Source: an uncultured Thermoleophilia bacterium
Lineage (GTDB): Bacteria; Actinomycetota; Thermoleophilia; UBA2241
Reading direction: 5' to 3'
NCBI GenBank assembly: GCA_963715985.1
Contig: CAVQSP010000002.1
Coordinates: 1-42,752 of the forward strand
DNA: 42,752 nucleotides
Shown here: piece by piece, positions 39,104 to 42,752 of the stretch
Layout: every line of letters starts with the position of its first letter
Numbering within the stretch: position 1 is the stretch's first letter
Notes under the pieces: generated by a model
Seen by the model: only the letters and a program-made list of their open reading frames with translations
What the model was told of the DNA's origin: nothing
Databases searched by the model: none
Made by a program: the position numbers and the translations under genes

Positions 39104-39709
39104 ATGAAGCAGTCTGGCCATGCAGCTGCCGGGGCAAGGCCCCGCCGTATCCTGGTCGTCCCCCGATGGGGAGCGACGGAGGAAGACGACTGGTATCCGT
39201 GGCTCCGCACTGAGCTCGCCGGTTCGAGCAGCTTCGCCCCGGTCGTCATCGCCGACATGCCGGACCCCGACGAGCCGACGGTCGACGGATGGGCGTCCCG
39301 CGTCGCCGAACGTGCGGGGAGTGACCCGGCGACCCTCGCGGACACCATCCTCGTCGGGCACAGCGTCGGCTGCCAGGCAGTGCTGCACTACCTCGCCGGG
39401 CTGCCGGACTCGACCGCCGTGCGCGGGACCCTCTGCGTGGCGGGGTGGTGGTCGGTCGACGAGCCGTGGGAGAGCATCCGGCCGTGGATCGAGCACACGC
39501 CGGACCTGCGCCGCGTGCGCGCCGGCTGCGGGCAGCTGCGCGTGCTGCTCTCCGACGACGATCCGTTCACCGCCGACGTCTCCGAGAACGGATGGCTCTG
39601 GCGGGAGCGCTTGGGGGCGGCGGTGGAGGTGGTGCACGCCGCCGCCCACTTCAACCGCGCGCAGGAGCCGGCCGTGCTGGCGGCGCTGCGCCGCTGGTAC
39701 GCGGGGTGA
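39104..39709 (+). CDS. RBBP9/YdeN family alpha/beta hydrolase
   Basis: DWYPWL, MPDPDEP, ILVGHSVGC, SDDDP, AHFN. Confidence 0.9.
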   Translation: MKQSGHAAAGARPRRILVVPRWGATEEDDWYPWLRTELAGSSSFAPVVIADMPDPDEPTVDGWASRVAERAGSDPATLADTILVGHSVGCQAVLHYLAGLPDSTAVRGTLCVAGWWSVDEPWESIRPWIEHTPDLRRVRAGCGQLRVLLSDDDPFTADVSENGWLWRERLGAAVEVVHAAAHFNRAQEPAVLAALRRWYAG

Positions 39710-39748
39710 CCAGCTGCGCTCGCCGCGCCCGCGCAGTGCGTCAGACGG

Positions 39749-41250
39749 TCACCTGCTGCGTGCCGCCGCGGCCTGGGCCGGTTGCGCCGGCGCCGGCTGA
39801 GGCACGCCGTGCTCCGGCGCTGGGGAGCGCCTGCAGCGTGAGGCGAGCTCCTGCACGTAGGCGCGGTTCGCCGGCTCTCTCTCCCAGCGATGGATGTACA
39901 CCCAGCCCCAGAGGTGTTCCAGCAGCTTGAGGAACTGCAGGCGTACGAGGAACTTCAGGCTGCGCCGTAGCGAGTAGAAGCGCCGGTAGCCCTTGACGAT
40001 CTCCGTCTGCAGATCGAGGGGCGTCATGTTCTCCGGCTCGAAGATCACGTGCTGGCCGTCGTAGAACTGCCAGCGGTGCTCGAAGATGCGGTCGCCGGCG
40101 TCCATCATCTCGTACTGTTTGGTGCCGAGCCCGGGAGTGAGCACGTTGAGCATCAGGCTGTCGACGCCGTGCTTCTCCGCGAACGCGACCGTCTCGCGCG
40201 CCGTGGCGGCGGTGTCGGTGTCGGCGCCCACCACGAACATGCCGTGGCACCTGATGCCGTGGCGGTGCAGGGCGGCGAGGGCATCGGTGATGTTCTCCAC
40301 CGTCTGCGACTTGGCGAAGCCGTCCAGGGTCGCCTGGTCGATGGACTCGAGACCGAGGGCGAGACGCCAGCAGCCCGACTGCTTCATGAGCGTGAGCAGC
40401 TCCTCGTCGCGGGCCACGTCGGTGCGGACCTGGGCCGTCCACCGCGGCGTGATGCCGCGCTCGATCATCATGCGCAGGAGGGCCTTGAGGCGCTTCTTGT
40501 CGGCGGCGAAGTTGTCGTCGTAGAAGAAGACCTTGCGCGGACGAGTGGCCTCCAGCTCGGCGATGACGCTCTCAGGGCTGCGGAAGCGGTACTTGCGCCC
40601 GAACATCATCGTCACCGTGCAGAACGTGCAGTCGAACGGGCAGCCCAGGCTGGTCATGATGGGCGTCTCCCGGATGCGCTCGGAGCCGACGATCAGCGAG
40701 AGTCGGCACCGGAAGGTCGTCCAGGTCGGCGCAGCGTTCGCGGAGCTCGTTGTGCACGACGCGCCCGTCGCGCAGGAACGAGAGCCCGAGGATGCTCTCG
40801 AGCTCGCGCTCACCGGCGAGCGCCTCGATGAGCTCGAGCATGAGCGCGTCGCCGCCCTCGCCACGGGCCACGTAGTCCGCGTGCGGCAGGGCGTCGTCGG
40901 GGACGAACGTGGGGTGAGGGCCGCCGATGACCACGGGCAGCCCGGCGGCCCGCAGCTCGTCGGCGAGCGCGTAGGCGGCCGGCGCCGTGGAGGTCGTCGT
41001 GGAGATCCCGACCAGGTCGGACGACCACACGTCGCCGTGGTCGATGGGGGCCGCCTGAGGGCAGTAGATGCGCACGTCGTGGCCAGCGGCGGCAAGGGCA
41101 GCGCCGATGAGCGGCAGGCCCAGGCGCGGGTAGAAGCCTGTACGAGAGGATGTTGACGCCGGGCGGAGGGGGCTCGATGAGACGGATCTTGAGGACCTTG
41201 CCGCGCACTCTCCCTGGTGTGGTGGGCGAAACGATGGTCGAGGTGACCAT
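39749..41250 (-). CDS. Second B12-binding domain radical SAM protein (paralog of 34752-36158); apparent frameshifts near 41138 and 40703
   Basis: KIRLIEPPPPGVNILSY / FYPRLGLPLIGAALAAAGHDVRIYCPQ / TPIMTSLGCPFDCTFCTV, FFYDDNFAAD, YDGQHV lie in three successive frames. Confidence 0.9.
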
Positions 41251-41387
41251 ACCTTCCTGACTGTCGGCCCCGGAGGGGCGAGGACGTTGGGCGGAGTCTA
41301 CCCCGCCGCGCACTCAGTATGCGCGTATCGGAGAGTCCGCGAGCGTTTGTCGCCGTGTGCGAGCGTGCATACCGCGCCCCACGGCGG

Positions 41388-42217
41388 TCATCCGGCCGAC
41401 ACCGCCGGGCCTCGGTAGATGCTCCAGCCCTGCCCATCGGCGATCGCCAGCTCATTCTTGCTTCATCGTCTGCCTCCAGGGCGAAGAAGCCGCGCTCCGG
41501 CTTGCCGGGCACGTACTCGAGAACGCGGTGGATGGACGCCGTCGTGCCGGGATTCAGCAGGCAGACGTGAACGGCGATGGGTCTTGGCGCGCGGCTCGAC
41601 GACCTTGCCTGGGGCGCGAGGACTCGACGCCGAGCTTCGCAGGGCCGCTGAGCTGGGAGATGGCGGTGGTCCAGGGCGTGCAGCAGCCCCTGCAACGTGG
41701 GCGCTGTTGGTGCTCACGCACCACGTGGAACCAGAGGGCATCCGGCTGCTCGGCGATGAGATTGGCGACGTCCTTCCTGATGCTCTCGTCGAGCTCGGAC
41801 TTGCCCGAACGGCCGCCGCACTTGAACTCGACGGCCAGCGGCCGGTTCGTCGTGGCCGTGGCGGTACAGCGCGAGGTCGGTGAGCGCCCGCTGCGCCTTC
41901 GTGCCGCCGCCGCGGTGCGCGAAGCGGTACGAAAGCCTGGGTGGGCACCTCGGCGGCGAAGGCCCAGGGCTCCGGCCCCGGACTCGGCGAGCAGGGCGGC
42001 GACGAAGGCGAAGCGCGCCTCCTGCTCGCTCAACGCGGCGCTCGTGACCCTTCAGCGGGAACATGACGCGCGGCCACGCCGCGTCCGCCGCGCCCGCCGC
42101 GAACCGTGGCTCCTGCCAGAGGAGGTCGTCGGTGCGCCGGAACAGCCGCTCCAGCCACCGCTGCGTCAGGGGCGTCCGCGGCGGCGGGGTCGTTGGGGGT
42201 CTCCGTGTCGATCTCAC
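41388..42217 (-). CDS. Hypothetical protein, PD-(D/E)XK nuclease-like; several apparent frameshifts
   Basis: Stitched by hand across frames: VMFPLK...SEQEARFAFV...AAEVPT..SYRF...TDLALY...AVEFK...IRKDVANL..E....LWFHVV...GWSIY. The GTG start overlaps the maa stop (GTGA). Confidence 0.55.
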
Positions 42218-42752
42218 AGCCTCCGCAGCACGCGGCACGGGTTGCCGGCGGCCACGACGCCCGGCGGCACCGGCTCGGCGACGACCGCGCCGGCGCCGAC
42301 GACGGCGTCCTCGCCGATCTCCACCCAGTGCAGGACGATGACGCCCGCTCCGAGCCAGGCGCGGGCGCCGATCGTGATGGGGCGGGCCGGCACCACTGCC
42401 CGCGGCCCGCCGGCGTGCGTCTCGGGGGTGGTCCGAGGTGAGGAGCTGCACGCCCGGGCCCAGCTGGACGTCGTCCCCGAGCGTGATCTCCGCGGCGTCG
42501 AGGAAGACGCAGGCCATGTTGACGAAGACGCGCGCGCCGAGCCAAATCTGCGCGCCGTAGTCGCAGTGGAACGGCGTCTCCACCCAGGCGCCCGGGCCTA
42601 CGGCGCCGAGCAGCGCGCGAAGGAGCTCAGCGCGGGCCTCGACGTCGCCGGGGTCCAGCTCGCCCAGCCGCCGGGTGAGCCGGCGCGCCTCGAAGCGCGC
42701 TGCGACGAGCGCCGGGTCGCCGGCGCCGTAGTCGTCACCTCGCAGCATCTTG
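42214..42752 (-). CDS. maa: Maltose/sugar O-acetyltransferase (hexapeptide repeat); start at or beyond the window edge, frameshift near 42400
   Basis: KMLRGDDY, VETPFHCDYGAQI, NMACVFLD, LGPGVQLLTSDHP, ARPITIG...WLGAG...VVGAGAVV...AGNPCRV. Confidence 0.88.

Noticed and set aside
39749-41695. 648-aa ORF as a novel radical SAM fusion
   Set aside because: It is a chimera of frames: part of the upstream gene, intergenic and out-of-frame sequence, then the true radical SAM C-terminus after an indel.
41714-42748. 344-aa ORF as an acetyltransferase fusion
   Set aside because: An indel near 42400 shifts maa into the frame of the next gene; the real maa C-terminus is in ORF 42214-42396.

Overview
Very GC-rich bacterial chromosomal segment. 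Gene content (UPF0182, holin-phosphodiesterase fusion, TANNNT-type promoters, GTGA/ATGA coupling) suggests Actinomycetota, possibly Thermoleophilia-like; this is inference. The left end carries the conserved ftsE-ftsX-M23 peptidase-S41 protease block. The rest is a mosaic of envelope, peptide-recycling and redox genes: a PIG-V-like mannosyltransferase, metF and cbiZ, a PDZ-less HtrA, two paralogous orphan oligopeptide-binding proteins, a choline-kinase-like gene, NlpC/P60, S9 and M50 peptidases, UPF0182, and two paralogous B12-binding radical SAM genes. I saw no rRNA, tRNA, CRISPR array, integrase or transposase. At least seven genes have small indels, most likely long-read consensus errors. 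The best leads are: (1) a single ORF fusing a class II Fic/wHTH protein with an altered catalytic loop to a Pol-beta-like nucleotidyltransferase domain; (2) a 95-aa bacterial protein with two eukaryote-style C2H2 zinc fingers; (3) a candidate ~100-nt sRNA with its own promoter and terminal hairpin; (4) an HtrA whose PDZ domain is replaced by (SDPY)8, downstream of a triple MprA-like box; (5) a Xis/BldC-like HTH gene facing 10-bp-phased repeats upstream of a B12 radical SAM gene; (6) a frameshift-hidden PD-(D/E)XK-like gene. All family calls come from motif recognition by eye, not database searches.
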